NCBI GenBank assembly: GCA_023920165.1
Contig: CP089274.1
Span: forward strand, 5,332,001-5,396,000
DNA: 64,000 nucleotides
Direction: 5' to 3'
Source: Curvularia clavata
Taxonomy: Eukaryota
Of the stretch, positions 15,318-28,230 are shown piece after piece. The notes beneath the pieces were generated by a model, which did no database searches, was not told the origin of the DNA, and worked only from the letters and a program-made list of their open reading frames with translations. How positions within the stretch are numbered: position 1 is the first letter of the stretch; each line of letters opens with the position of its first letter. The position numbers were made by a program, and so were the translations under genes.

Positions 15318-16118
15318 ATGGCCCCTGTACGTAGCGGTGAAACCTCTCTGTTTTACACTGAGCGTATATCGCAATACGTTTGCATTCCGCCCTCATGCCT
15401 TTCGGATCCCTTCTCAGCAGTATGCGCGACAGTACTCTCACCATTACTTCTTACCTATTTCCCACCCGCGAAAGGCGTTGTACTTGCATACGAAGACGTT
15501 GAGTTGAGCAGCACGCCGCCGAGCGCTTCCACTGTAAAGTCTCATTCAGAGCGTGCGCAAAACAACTCCGGATCCAACAAAGATTCGCATGCGGAGCCTT
15601 TGCTTCTAAAACATGTCGACGAATACGCCGCGCCCTTCCTGTGGGCTACTGCCTCATTCCTCGTATGGCGTCCGGTCCGAAATGCATATCTTGAAGCCCA
15701 TATCACCGACCAAGCGAAAACGCACATCACGCTCGCACACCTCAACACTTTCCCCGTCAGCATTCTCAAGGAAAATATGCCTGCAGACTGGTCATGGCAT
15801 CAGAATGAGACAGGCAAGGTGAAGAAAGGCTGGGACGAGACGCTGTCAGATGAAGGTGGTTGGTGGGTTGATGGAAAAGGCAAGAAAGTAGAGGGTGAAT
15901 TGAAGGTGAGGATACGCGACATTGAGGGTAGGATGGATGGAAAAGGAAAAGGAAAGGGATTCTTGCGTGTTGATGGTTCCCTGCTTTCTGAAGAGGAGGA
16001 GAAGGCGGCAAAGGCACAAAAGGCCGGGAGAGGAAAAAAGAAGGCTACAGCAGGTCCATCGAGAACACGGGAGCAGAGAGATGAGACAAACGGAGATGTC
16101 ATGGAGATTGAAGATTGA
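15318..16118 (+). CDS. RPA43: RNA polymerase I subunit A43-like protein
   Basis: LSPLLLTYFPPAKGVVLAYEDV ... APFLWATASFLVWRP pattern typical of fungal Rpa43; basic/acidic tail. Confidence 0.7.
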   Translation: MAPVRSGETSLFYTERISQYVCIPPSCLSDPFSAVCATVLSPLLLTYFPPAKGVVLAYEDVELSSTPPSASTVKSHSERAQNNSGSNKDSHAEPLLLKHVDEYAAPFLWATASFLVWRPVRNAYLEAHITDQAKTHITLAHLNTFPVSILKENMPADWSWHQNETGKVKKGWDETLSDEGGWWVDGKGKKVEGELKVRIRDIEGRMDGKGKGKGFLRVDGSLLSEEEEKAAKAQKAGRGKKKATAGPSRTREQRDETNGDVMEIED

Positions 16119-16424
16119 TCCAGAGTTGGGTTGAGGCACTCTCGATAGCGCTGATGGCGTTGGCGCGGTCGCACACATCCCGGACGATCAACTTTATTTG
16201 CATCAAAACGGCGTTATGGCGTTGAAACAACAAGATGCATTTCTCAGCATCTATGATACCACCAAATACAAACCTTTTCAGAACAGAAATGCCTTTTTCC
16301 TCTGTATCCACGTGCACAGACCAATCAGACAACACATACCTCCGAAGCTCCGCAAACCGCGGCTTCTGCCTTGATCCTGACATCCCACCTTGCCCACCAA
16401 ACCACACCGTCACAAACCATTGTC

Positions 16425-17012
16425 ATGTCTTCCTCTAAGAAATCTTCGTCTTCATCATCGCGCAGGTCCCGGTCGCATGCTGAGGCCGTCTACGGTGCGC
16501 CGTACCCTTCCTATGGGACGACTTACAGTTCCACGTCGCCGTTTTGGACGATAGGCACGCTACTCGGCGCTTCGAGCGTCGCGCTCGGTGCTTTTGGAGC
16601 CCATGGCCTGAAGCAGCGCATCTCTGATCCGACCAGGATCGCCAGTTGGGGGAATGCTGCTCATTACCAAGTATGTTTCTCACAATCGTTGCTACCACGA
16701 CCTCAATAGCCTTTTTCCCACACCTCTTCAATCCTTGTTGAGTTTCGAAACCCCGCTAATGCACAATGTGAACAGCTCATACACTCCGCTGTTCTCACCC
16801 TTACTGCCGTCGTTGCGCCGGCGAACACGCTCGCCATGAGTCTTTTCACAGCGGGTATGGCTTTGTTCTCTGGTAGCATATATCTCCTGGTCTGGGATCC
16901 GAAGAAATACAAGGCCGTGGGACCAGTTACGCCAATTGGTGGACTGTGCCTGATTGGAGGCTGGATTTTCCTTGCGGCAAGGGGCAAGCTGGTTCTGCCT
17001 AGGAGCAGGTAG
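16425..17012 (+). CDS. DUF423/TMEM256-family small membrane protein (intron 16671-16775)
   Basis: GAFGAHGL, WGNAAHYQ, FSGSIY and GPVTPIGGLCLIGGW motifs. Confidence 0.85.
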
Positions 17013-17772
17013 ACTGGGATATTAGGAAGAGCCCAGGATATGGATTGAGCAGATTGCGGTACAATATGCTAGGAAAGCTCTGGCAGCTATATACATGAGC
17101 ACGACTCTGTTTAAAGACTAACGATGAAGAATATGAATGAACCAGTACTCTAGGTTGCTATTTTTGCGTTCTCCCATCCTTATACTAGTCTAAAAGTATG
17201 TCAGTGCCTTATGAGACTTGGTCGCTTGGACCAAGGGCATCCTTGCATCGATAAGCTGCTACAACGCCCAACTCATGACCACGTTATTATCCAACATGAG
17301 ATTTGCGCTTGCAAAAATGTCCTCGAAACACGCCAATATCTTCTAGGCCTGTATCCAGCATATGACCCGCCAATCACGGAAAATCCCATTACTTCCTTCC
17401 AATTCTGCGCAGGATGAGTTAGTCTAGCGCCATTCTCCTTGCAAGACTGACTCGCTTCAGTTCGCTTTCTATTCGTCCTAAGCGACACATCTAGCACCAA
17501 GCCACACCAGTTTTACGGCCGTGTCGTCTGTTTCGAGGCTTGTAGACCCGTCCCGGCTTCCCGATCCTGCGTAATGTCCGCCCAAAATAAGGCGGGCAGC
17601 AGACAAGTCAACCTCCACCCCACTTGCACACGCAGTCTCTGTTGCAGGGCCACCTCGGCGCCCTGCACAAATTGCTAATCGCGCTGATTTTAGTGTGTGG
17701 ACCAAGACAACGACTGTAAAATGCGTTTGAACGGGAGAGGGGAGCAATGTTCTGCTCACTACAATCTGCAAC

Positions 17773-19521
17773 ATGGGCTACAACGCGGGTTCTGGCGATG
17801 TCCCGCCAGGAGCACTGTATCTTTCAGTCGTCTATGGCTCTCGACTCTTTGGATTATGGCTCCTTTACAAAATCCTCCAGGCTTTGTATAACATCTCACC
17901 TTTGCATCCGCTGAGCCATATTCCTGGCCCGAAGCTGGCGGCAGCAACGTATCTTCCGGAGTTTTACTACGATGTCATCAAGTTCGGTTGCTACACGAAA
18001 GAAATTGGCCGAATGCACAAGGTATACGGTACGAATGCAGTAGACCGTGACATTTGAGTGTGAGCTGATTGAAGGCTTTTATCAGGCCCTATAATACGCA
18101 TCAACCCGAACGAAATCCATTGCGACGATGTCAGCTTTTCGGATGAGATCTACGCTGTAGGTGGACGGAAGCGTGACAAGCCAGTACACCAGATCAATGG
18201 CTCTGCGTAAGCTGTTCAGAAATTCTTGGAAATCGAAGAGATCGGCTTACCGTTATACAGTATTGGTGAATCAGGATTTGGCACAGTCGATCACGACCAC
18301 CACCGACTTCGCCGCATTCCAGTAGCCAAATTCTTTTCGCGATCAATGATCGCCCGCCTCGAGCCTGATATCCATGCGTTGGTTCAAAAGCTTTGCAACA
18401 AGCTACTCGCACAGCCAGCTGATGAAGCATTCGACATTACTATGGCGTACAGTTGTTTCACCACCGACGCCATTTCCAGCTACAGCTTTGGTGAAGGTTT
18501 TGGCCTCCTCAACCAAAAGGGATGGTATCCCAACTTCCGTGAGCCAACAGCATCTGTCCTCCGGCCTGTCTTCATATTCCGCTTCTTTCCCTGGACCAAA
18601 ACGAGTGCTGCACTCGCGACTGTTTTGATCGACTACCTGCCCGAGGACATTGCTCTTATGGTCAAGACGCTGCAGATTGACATGCCCTGGAAGGTTCGCA
18701 AGGCAAAAGAAGACCTAGATGCGGGCATCACGTACGATCGGCCAACCATCTTTGCCACGCTCCTGCAGTCGATACCGCAGGAAGAGAAGGACCCGTATCG
18801 CTGGATCGCCGACGAGGCACAGGCCATTGTAGGTGCAGGAACGGAAACCACCAGTTGGGCTCTCAGTGTCATAACCTACCATCTTCTAACCAAGCCGGAA
18901 ATGCTCGCAAAGCTGACAAAGGAACTCGAAACTGTCGTCAAGGACCCGACACATCTGCCCACGTGGCCTGTTCTTGAGACCTTGCCTTATCTGGGCGCCG
19001 TCATCCAGGAAGGACTACGACTATCGTACGGTGTGTCTAGTCGCACTGCTCGCGTCCCGACGGAGGAGAATCTCCTTTACCGCGGCGAATGGAACAAGCG
19101 CTCTGTTCAATACGTCCTGCCCAAGGGCTATGCTATTGGCATGTCATCCTTCGTCACGCACCATAACGAACGCGCCTTCCCAGACTCGTTTTCCTTTTCC
19201 CCCGAGCGCTGGATCGACGAAAATAACCAGCGGAGGAAAGATCTCGAGCGCAGCTTGCTGTCCTTTTCGAAGGGCAGTCGCGCTTGTCTGGGCATGAAGT
19301 AAGTCTTCGATTTTCTCTAACGAAATGTGTATGTCAGGAACTAACGTCACACCCACAGCCTCGCTCTCTGCGAACTCCACCTCAGTCTCGCCGCCCTCGT
19401 TCTACGCGTCATGCCGCACATGCGCCTGTGGGATACTACCGAAGAAGACGTGCTATACGACCACGACATGTTTATTCCCATGACCAAGCACAACAGGGGT
19501 ATTAGAGTGAAGATTGCCTAG
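17773..19521 (+). CDS. Cytochrome P450 monooxygenase (trichodiene-oxygenase-like clan), 4 exons
   Basis: [21 protein letters not shown], ExLR (EGLRL), PERW and heme motif [10 protein letters not shown]. Confidence 0.92.
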
Positions 19522-21985
19522 ATCTATAGAAAGCCATAAACGAGTGTTGGAATATTATAGACGAATTACGCTATCCAAATGCAAGTTGGACTAGTGAACA
19601 CTGCATATTCCTGATCATCCTTTTTCTTCCCTTTTCTTTGCTTTGTCCAGACCATGACAAGCCACAATCAAGACCTGCTTTCGACACCTTTGACCCAAAG
19701 TTTCCTACTTGGGGAATGTGTTGGCAAAATTGCGGCGCACAGTCTAGGGCGCGCGCCTCTATAGACGCCTTTTTCTTTTGCTCCGTTCCATTATCTGAGA
19801 TTGGGAGGGTGGCTGTTTGGCTAGGAAAAAGGAAATTGCTACATGCTTGAGAAATAAACAAGGTGGGAATTTCTGCTGGTTTCAGGGGATGAAGAAAAAA
19901 AAGGAAACAAAGAAGGTGTTGGAAGGGTTGTTCTGCGGCAAGGGAAGAGGGAAGCAGTGTATACACTAAATCCTCATTTTTCAATAAATAACCAACTTCG
20001 TTTACTTGGAAACGTGACAACAAATTGCGAGCAAACCCGGAGGTGGAGGCTTCGGTGTGTGATAGTTTCACCAAACCGCGCGATGTTCTTTTTAATTCTC
20101 CTTTCTGGACTCTGTTATCGATGGATGTACGGTGAACTTCCTATTTAGGGCATACACTGCGCCAAAAGGTTGCAAGTAGCAAACGATGTTTGAGCCGGTG
20201 GTGTTGCTTGGGTTGGAATAGGTATGGTGTGGAGGTGTGGAGGTATGAGTGCAAGCCACATGATGTAGATTAGAAAAGGGGGGCGTGCTTTCATTAGGTT
20301 TGCGGTCATTATAGCATACATGAGTGTGCTATGATGGCAATCCAGCAACGAGGCTGGGGGAAAGTGACTTGATGGCTCACTATCATTCTATAGCATGGAG
20401 CTTTTCTTGCTTCTCTGACAGATAGATCCAGACACGCGTATTGCTTTCTTTTTCTACCATCCTGCGGCTTGCCAGTGGCACTCGCTACGTGCGGCCCGGT
20501 TGAAGTCTCGACGCCAGTCTTTTTCCTACCTTCGGTCCCAGCTTTGTCGCATGCCTAGTGGGCTGTCTGGTTGGGAAAAGTGGATTCTGTAGCGGGATGT
20601 ATGCATATATCGATAGTTCTGCTGCTTTGTTACCTCTTCTGGTAGTATCGAGCGTGCGGTTGCGTAGTCTCGACCAAGTTCATCAGGCTCGAATACGGCA
20701 TGGTGTGCGGGGCTAGGGTTCTGACAGCCGGTTGCCGTAATCGATGGGAGTTTGTCGTGAATTTCCTTTCTGGGTATGCTCGTCACGTTCACCTAGAATA
20801 CTAGCCCTGTCTTTTCGAGTAGAATTGCCCGCCTGAAGAAGCGAAAACACCAGTGGTGGTAGTTCGCGCTGCGTGGAAACCTACAAGAGCCAGCCAACTT
20901 TGACAAGATGCGCTTCGCCAAGGCAGTCTTGGGTTCTGGAGCATTTAAGAAACTTTTTACGTCTACCTCAGTGAAAGCGCGATCTAGCACACCAAGAATG
21001 AATACCCTGAGGTCCTCCTGATGAAGGGCAGGGCGCACGTTGAATGTCATGGTGTAGCACAAAACAAGGTGGTCGAGCAAATGCTCTCCTCGTATTCCGG
21101 TATCAGAAGCTAAAGCAGAGGAAGGCCCCTCTTCTAGATATATCTCATTCATGCTACGTGGCACTGAATGCCATTAGGTAGAGCCCCGGTACTGCCGTCT
21201 CACCGTTCTATTATGTTAGATATTTCGAAGTCCATGCACACCTTGGATTCGTCTTCAGTGTCCTTTTGAAGTAGCGACCTTTTCCAGGTTAAGTCAGATC
21301 TCATCGCAACCTAGTGGTTGAGAGGGAGCTGTTGTTCTCTCTGCTCAAGCCCAAGGTAGCGCTTAACTGCTCTCCAAGGACAAAATCTTGCACTGTATAC
21401 TACCGTATATGTAGCATTGAACATACTTTGCTTGGACTGTTGCGGCTTAGTGCGGTAGTGCAACGACACTTTTTTACTTTCCTATTATGTTAAGAAGTGT
21501 ATATTTACTGGCATCTTCTACTGGAGATTATTGTAATTTTGAGACACGATGAAGCCAATCAATCCCAGAACCCACAAGTAGTGAAGAAATGTAGCATCCA
21601 CAGCACCACTCAGCGCTGTGGCTCAGAAAGTGTGGCGCAGACTCAACTGCGCTTTACCTAGGTATGCCTTGTTTAAAAAACAGCTCCCAGCCCCCGGGTT
21701 TAAGCGATCGCATTCTCGCTATCGCCATGTCGAACCGGAAAAGCGCGTCTCACGAACTGACCCGCGCCAGGATAGGTCGGGCCGGGGGAACTGAGCTTAG
21801 CGCAACAATGACGTACCTTTGTTGCGGATGCTGGCGCGGATCCCGCCAGGCACATTACACGCACAACCCACGTCGGCCTTTCTTCCTTTTCTCTTATAAC
21901 AAGTTTACTCTCGTCTCCTACTCTTCACACCTCTCCAAATCATAAAACTTCATAGCTCAATTCCCATCACCACCCCTCCACCATC

Positions 21986-22774
21986 ATGGATGTACGTACC
22001 GTTGCCAGCCAGACATGAGCTGAAAGCAAGCTCCGCAAGACGAGCAGAAGCTGATGAGGGTAACTAGGTCTACTACTTCTACTCCTACGGCACTGCCGCA
22101 TGGCTCAGTACGTTTCCTCTCACTGCATTTTTTGAATCGGCAACCAGCGTGCTGACATAGCACACAGTGACGCAATCTGTGCCTCTGATCAGCTCTCCAA
22201 CTATGATCGCAGCATTGCTGTCACCCGAAGTTCGCGAAGCAACAAGTACGTAATACTCGCATCTCCGGTTCAATCCGAAAAAAGACGACTTTGGCTAACA
22301 CAAATGAAACAGCTTTGGAAGTCTATTTCAGCCGCTCACTCGGCTTTGCGCTCATAGCGCTGGGAATCCTCACTGTGCTGCTCACAGGCTCAGTTCCGTT
22401 GTCTAGTCGTCTTTCCGAAGGTGCGTCTCCCTTATTCTCCTAGCTATGTAGCTCAGTTTGATCTAATCTGACATCTCCCAGGCGCAACAACCCAAGCCGA
22501 AGATCCTAAAGCACCGTATGCGCTACCTACGCTCACCATAACCGCCATGTTCCACGCCGTCTACGCCTTTTACGGGTACGCCATGTGGACCAAGACGGGC
22601 GTCATGTCTTTTAGCCTGGGTACGCTTGGCTCCGGCTTCTTGGCTACAGTTGCACTGTGGTGCATTTTGTTTGCCAGCAGCAATGGCAGGATTAGCAGGA
22701 AGACTGGTGCGGATAAGAGGACGAGTGGGTTCCCATTCAAGAACGCTGAAGCGGACAAGAGGAAGGCCAGGTAA
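21986..22774 (+). CDS. Conserved-looking small multi-pass membrane protein, about 5 exons
   Basis: Four GT-AG introns join hydrophobic exons (YYFYSYGTAAWL, LEVYFSRSLGFALIALG, ...KTGADKRTSGFPFKN). Confidence 0.7.
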
Positions 22775-23235
22775 GTCCGCGGAGCTCCACGGACTGTGAA
22801 AAGCTAGTACGGAGAATGGCGGACACAGTGACGTGTGCGCCGTGCCGTGTAAAGCCATGTGGATGATGTACTTCTAGGTCAGCATGACGCTCGGGATGCG
22901 CGTGAAAAATAGGACCAGAAGTTGTAAAGTTGCATTCAAGAAAGCAATACTGTATATTAGTTGAAAGCATGGAATCGATTGGTATCTTTTGAACCTAATA
23001 CACCACCCCCTCCAACCATGTGAGCCGTGCAGCCCATGTAGTAATGTTACACCGGATTTGTCTAAAGAAAAACAAGCAAACGAGAGGAAAAAAAGAGAAA
23101 GGAAAAGACTGCAATCATTCGTTAGTTCCCTGGCTACCCATAAAACCCGAAAACGTAGGCGGAGCCATGCTTTACCAAGGTCGGCCATACATGGGACAAT
23201 TAAAACAAAGCCTTGGCGTTATCCCCGGACGCACT

Positions 23236-24609
23236 CTAAGCTACAGGAACCTGAGGCTGAGTTTCCTCCTGGTGCCTGATATCCGCTGACGATGGCGGCG
23301 GCAACAAGGCCGACTTGGATGATTGCTGTTCTTCCTTCTTGACCTCCGGTCGGTGAGTCTGAGCAGCATCCTGGCGCCACCAAGGCAGCTTGCCATTCTT
23401 GGGAGCAATAGGCAGGGCCTTTGAAGGAGCGATGTCCTTCTCAACAGCCTGCCAGCCCTCCATGTCTTCAGGTATGCCTTGCTCGGCTCGTCTCCGGCGC
23501 TCCGTCGCTGCTTGTGCCTCCATAAAGTTCTCGAACAAGAGTTCCTTGGCCTGCCACTCTTCGCGGCGCACCCGCTCGAGCTCTTCAGCCTCGGCACGGA
23601 GTTGCTCGCCCTCCTTGGTGGCCCATTGTAGCTGTTTACGCAGCAGCTGGAATAGCTCATTTGCAGGCTTCCGCAGCTCCTCGGGTGTGAACTCTATGTC
23701 GGATGGGAATTGAACCAGTGTCGGGGCTGACGGGCTCGCAAGGTCTTGCAAGTAGATGACATTGTTGTGGGCGTAGTCGGTCTCGGATGTGGTGGTTCCA
23801 GCAGCAGCGGTTGTGCTGTTGGGCGGGTGCGACGGGGAGCCGGGGGTCGAGGCCTTGTCGTGCGGCAGCTTCTTGGCTTCATTGTTAAGGACAAGCTTCA
23901 AGCGCTGCTTGTTGTTGGTGGGGTTGGACGAGTGGTGTTTGGGTACGGGGTCGGAGGGGCGTAGAGCCTCAGTCTCGTGGACAGTGCGCATGTGCTTAGC
24001 CAGCGCGTCGGAACGAGTGAAGGAGCGGTCGCATTCTGAGGGGGCTGCTTAGCATGTACTTCAAGGCGCAACAAGAATCGAATTACGAGGGGATGGGATA
24101 CCTGGCAAGGTGCAGTAGAATGGCTTCTCGCGGGTGTGGGAACGCATGTGTGCCCGGAGAGCGTATCCACTGGCGTGAGGGATGCCCTTGCGGGTGCAAT
24201 CGCTCCACTCGCAGCTGTACTTCTTCTGTCTCGTTCCAATGTGGTCGTCATGGAGATGCTCGACTAGTTTGTCCATATTGTGCAGGTCGCCGGCGGTGCA
24301 TCCGTCCCACTTGCAGACAGTGACTTGCTCCTGGCCGTAGTCGTCATCCTGCGACATGCCCGGGTGGTGATGGGGCGAGGCGGGCACCGAGCCGTCGGTG
24401 TCTTCGGACAGCTCTTCGTCTAGATCGGGCGGCATGGTGTTGATGGGTGCTGGGGGCGACGAGGGCGCGCGGACATTGAGGCGTGGTCGCTTGTTGGGGC
24501 GCTGGTCATGGTCAGGTGTGGCTTCATAGCTGCGTTGACGGCTTCCTTTTACATCCTCGGGGAAATCATCGCTCCCATACTCTGAAAGATCTGACGGTGA
24601 CTCGGTCAT
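23236..24609 (-). CDS. C2H2 zinc-finger protein, INO80-associated Iec1-like, 2 exons
   Basis: Three C2H2 fingers (CKWDGC..H..H, CEWSDC..HMRSH, TREKPFYC..ECDRSFTRSDALAKHMRTVH) plus coiled-coil C-terminus. Confidence 0.8.
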
Positions 24610-25036
24610 GACGGCCAGATGGCGTTGTGGCGGTGAATAGGTGAATGGGTGAGTGAGTGGTGAGTATGGAATGGGCGCGTCTGCCCAAGGAAGCGTGTTG
24701 CGCCGTCGCCTCGTCCTGCCGGCGCGCTCAACGTCTAGCGCAGATGCAGGGGCCATTCCCGCGCACTTTTCTGCCGGCGAAGCTTCAACTCGTCCAACTC
24801 GTCCTCATTGCAACATCAACAACATGGGTAAGTGCATTTCATTCTCGCACCTTATCCTCTATGATGATTTATACCAGAGTTCTGCAATTCCAAAGGGATG
24901 CCTCACAGCAGCTCAAATGCGGATTAGCTCATACACTACAAATTCACCTGACCCCGTTCTCTCATAATTTCGAGCTTGTTAAACATTACTGTTACACTAC
25001 ATACTGACAAGTCTCTCTACCTAGAAAACCAATTGT

Positions 25037-26136
25037 CTATGCGAACAGCAGTGCTGAATGAGCGTCGTCGTACCGCCCACCCGTAATGGGGAACTTCTTG
25101 AGTATATCGCCCAATGTCTTCATATCCTCGTCGCTGAGCGTTGCCGGCTTCGCGTTCTCCTCAACCCTCTCAGACTTGGTAGCGCCTGGGATCGGGATGA
25201 TAGTGGGCATGCCTTCGGCTCCGCTGTGCTTGAGCACCCAGCCGAGAGCAATCTGAGCTGAGGTGGCGCCCTTGGCTTTGGCAATGTCCTCGACAGCGTG
25301 GAAGAGCTTTAGATTCTCATCGAAGACGTCAGGTTGAAAGCGCGGCATACTAAGAAGCCGGCTGCCGGGCTCAATGTCGCTGTACTTCTTGTATTTTCCC
25401 GTCTACGAAACGAACTAATCAGTCATGGATTTCCTGTGTGAAGAGCGATATACTTACAAGGAAACCGCGTCCCAGAGGCGAGTAGGCGATGATGGGAATG
25501 CCCAGCTCAGCGCAAGTCGCCGCGACACCATTTTCGAGAATGTCCGTTGACCAGAGCGAAAACTCGACCTCTACTGCAGAGATGGGGTGCACACTGTGCG
25601 CTTTGCGAATGGATTGCGCGCTGACCTCTGATAGGCTTATGCCACCGAGTTTGCCCTCCTTGACGTACTCGGCAATGTAGCTTATCGTGTCTTGGATTGG
25701 GGTGTTGGGATCAACCCTAGCACACTCAAACAGGTCCAGGCTTTTCTTGCCATCCAAAACCTTCAGGCATTCGTCAATGCTTCGTCTAATGTTTTCCCGG
25801 CTGCCGTCGGCGATCAACTCGCCCCTCTTAAGACCGCCTTTGATGGAGATGACAATCTTGTCCGCGTCCTCGGGATACTTTGTGAAATACTCGTTGAGCA
25901 GGTGTAGAGAGTTGCGTTCTGGTGAGCCGTAAACCTCTCCACCATTCCAGCTAGTCGCTCCAAGGGAAGCTGCAGTGCGCATAACCTTGAAGCTTTCCTC
26001 TGCAGAGGGTGGGTTTGGGCTCCATGTGAGGTCTGTCGTTGTTAGCTTTCAGTAGTTGCAAGTCAGATGAATGGAATCACTCACTCATGAGCCCATAGCC
26101 AACTGGTCCTACTGTCTTTCCCACAAGTTGAGGCAT
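25037..26136 (-). CDS. Aldo-keto reductase, pyridoxal-reductase-like, 3 exons
   Basis: GPVGYGLM, WNGGEVYG, IDLFE-like LDLFECARVD, GGISLSEV, AYSPLGRGFL and IPIPGAT motifs. Confidence 0.9.
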
Positions 26137-26798
26137 ATTGAAGTATGATAATGATGTTTTGAAGATTTGGATTGGAATAGAGGCGGGGTAATAGACACTG
26201 TTCAATGATATCACCACAATGGGACCGTTGGTCTTTTGTCTCTGCTCTGCTCTGCGCTCTGCTCGTTCGTGTCTATCTCTTCTGGTTAAAACTCACACTT
26301 TATATGCTTGCTGGAAACCTCTCCTCGGACCCGAGAATTAGTCCACCTCATGTAAACGCCGCCGCATGACGCCAATTGGACACTCCGGGCCGGGACATTC
26401 AACTTTTAACTCCGATCAGCCAATCAGCGCATCCTGTGGCTTTGAAACACCGCCAACGGCCTTAGCAGTTATGTCCGTTTTGCTTTTTCGCCCGGCGTCG
26501 CAACATACAAAGTGGCATCAAGATCGTGTCCAGATTCGATGCGAGATGACGTTTGTGGCAGGAAGGGATTCGAGCAGATTGCGAGAAGAGAGGTAAGCTT
26601 TTAGTTGGCATAATCGTGTTACATACGAGAATTGTGATTGTGTCTATCTCTATAATTCTATGCTACTGTTTTAGCATGGAAAACTACCGTCCTCATTGGG
26701 CCTTTTACTTGCTGCCACTGTGTTGTTGTATCGTGGCCTTCGTCCTCTCATGCCCAGGTCTGATTTTGGAAACAGAAGAAAGGAAAAGAGCCTCCTGC

Positions 26799-27856
26799 TC
26801 AGATTCCCTTCTTTCCTTCGACGCCCTTCCTCTCTACACCATCCAAATCCCTCAACACAGCCCTAACAGGCCAGACAAACCCTTCCTCCAGCTTCCCCGT
26901 CTTCCCTTCCTCAATCGTAACCAAATACTCCACCAGCGCCATACCCACATACGCCGCAATAGCCGTGAAAATATGCCACCAGCCATGCAATTCGAACAGC
27001 ATACCCCAGGGCATTCCAATCCAATGCTTGAATTGTAACACATATTTGCAAGCATGAAAATCAATGCTCCAAAGAAAGTACCCAAACACGCCCATCGAAA
27101 GCCCAAATGTAGCCAGATTCCCCAGCTTCTTGCGCGCCGCCTCATCAGCAACTTGCTTCTTGATGAGTTTACGCGCATTTCGCGAGACAAGATAAATCAT
27201 GATGGCAAAAGCGATCTCATGGACATAAATTTCGTCGGCCCAGACGTGGTAAATAGAGACGGGGATCAAGCTGCCCAGGATGTACAGCGTGTACTTTCTG
27301 CGCTGGGCAGGGGTAGCGTCATAGCAGAGCAGTTGGTGCAGGACAGCGCCTACGGCTAGGAACATAGACAGGTCGTCGCCCATTTGAGAATGGTACTTGA
27401 GCGTGGCGTGGAACCAGGCAGACAGGACACCTACGCCGATGAGGCCCCAGTAGGGGAAAGCGAGCGTCGAGATGAGGCCGCCTTCGGGTTTGGGCGAGAC
27501 GCGGCGTAAGCCATGGAGACCGTAGATTACTGTTTGGGATTGTGTGAGCGTTTTTCTATATTGTCTGAGGGAACCGGAAGGTCTCGGATGCACGGACCAT
27601 AGGACATGTTGGTGAGGGTGTTGATGAATTCGCCAATGTACGGGGTAATGATGTAGTCCTGGGGTTGAATTAGTTGGTTCTCCAATCACTGTCCATAGCA
27701 GAACGCAAGGGATAGAGGTACCTCTTCACAGAAGCTGTATCAGGTTAGCCACTGGCCGTCATGCAGGTACCGTGGCGATACTCACTTGTGGTTGGACGTG
27801 GTTGGACCCCATGCGCCGACCATGGGGCTTGACGGATACTCCCAACGCAATTGCAT
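26799..27856 (-). CDS. Alkaline ceramidase (Ypc1/ACER family), 4 exons including a 13-nt microexon
   Basis: WGPTTSNHNFCEEDY, EFINTLTN, SAWFHATLKY, QMGDDLSM and ELHGWWHIFT motifs. Confidence 0.9.
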
Positions 27857-28222
27857 GGTGGATTTGTGTCTAGTAAGGGCGTAGATGTGGTAGTGATGTT
27901 TACGGTGTTATCAGACGGCGAGGGAATAAAGCGAGTCTAATACGTGGAGGTCAAGACCACAAGCTATGACCAGACCAATAGCGCTAGAGGAGAGGAAAAC
28001 GCAGCAGTAACATGCAGGCAGCCTCCGTAGCTGCAGTCACCATGACAGATCTCAACATGGGACGGAATAAAGCATGCGAACCATAGTCCTTTCCGAAAAT
28101 CCAGTATCACATGTGAAAACTGTTGTACAGGTTCGTTCAATGGCAAAAAAGAATCATTGAAAGGCAGTAAGTAGTGCTACTGCCTGCAAAAGAAGTACGG
28201 AAGTTCTGTACCACAGAACCGC

Positions 28223-28228
28223 AAAAAA
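28223..28228 (-). terminator. Pol III oligo(dT) terminator of tRNA-Pro
   Basis: T6 run beginning 3 nt after the discriminator base on the minus strand. Confidence 0.75.
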
Positions 28229-28230
28229 TG

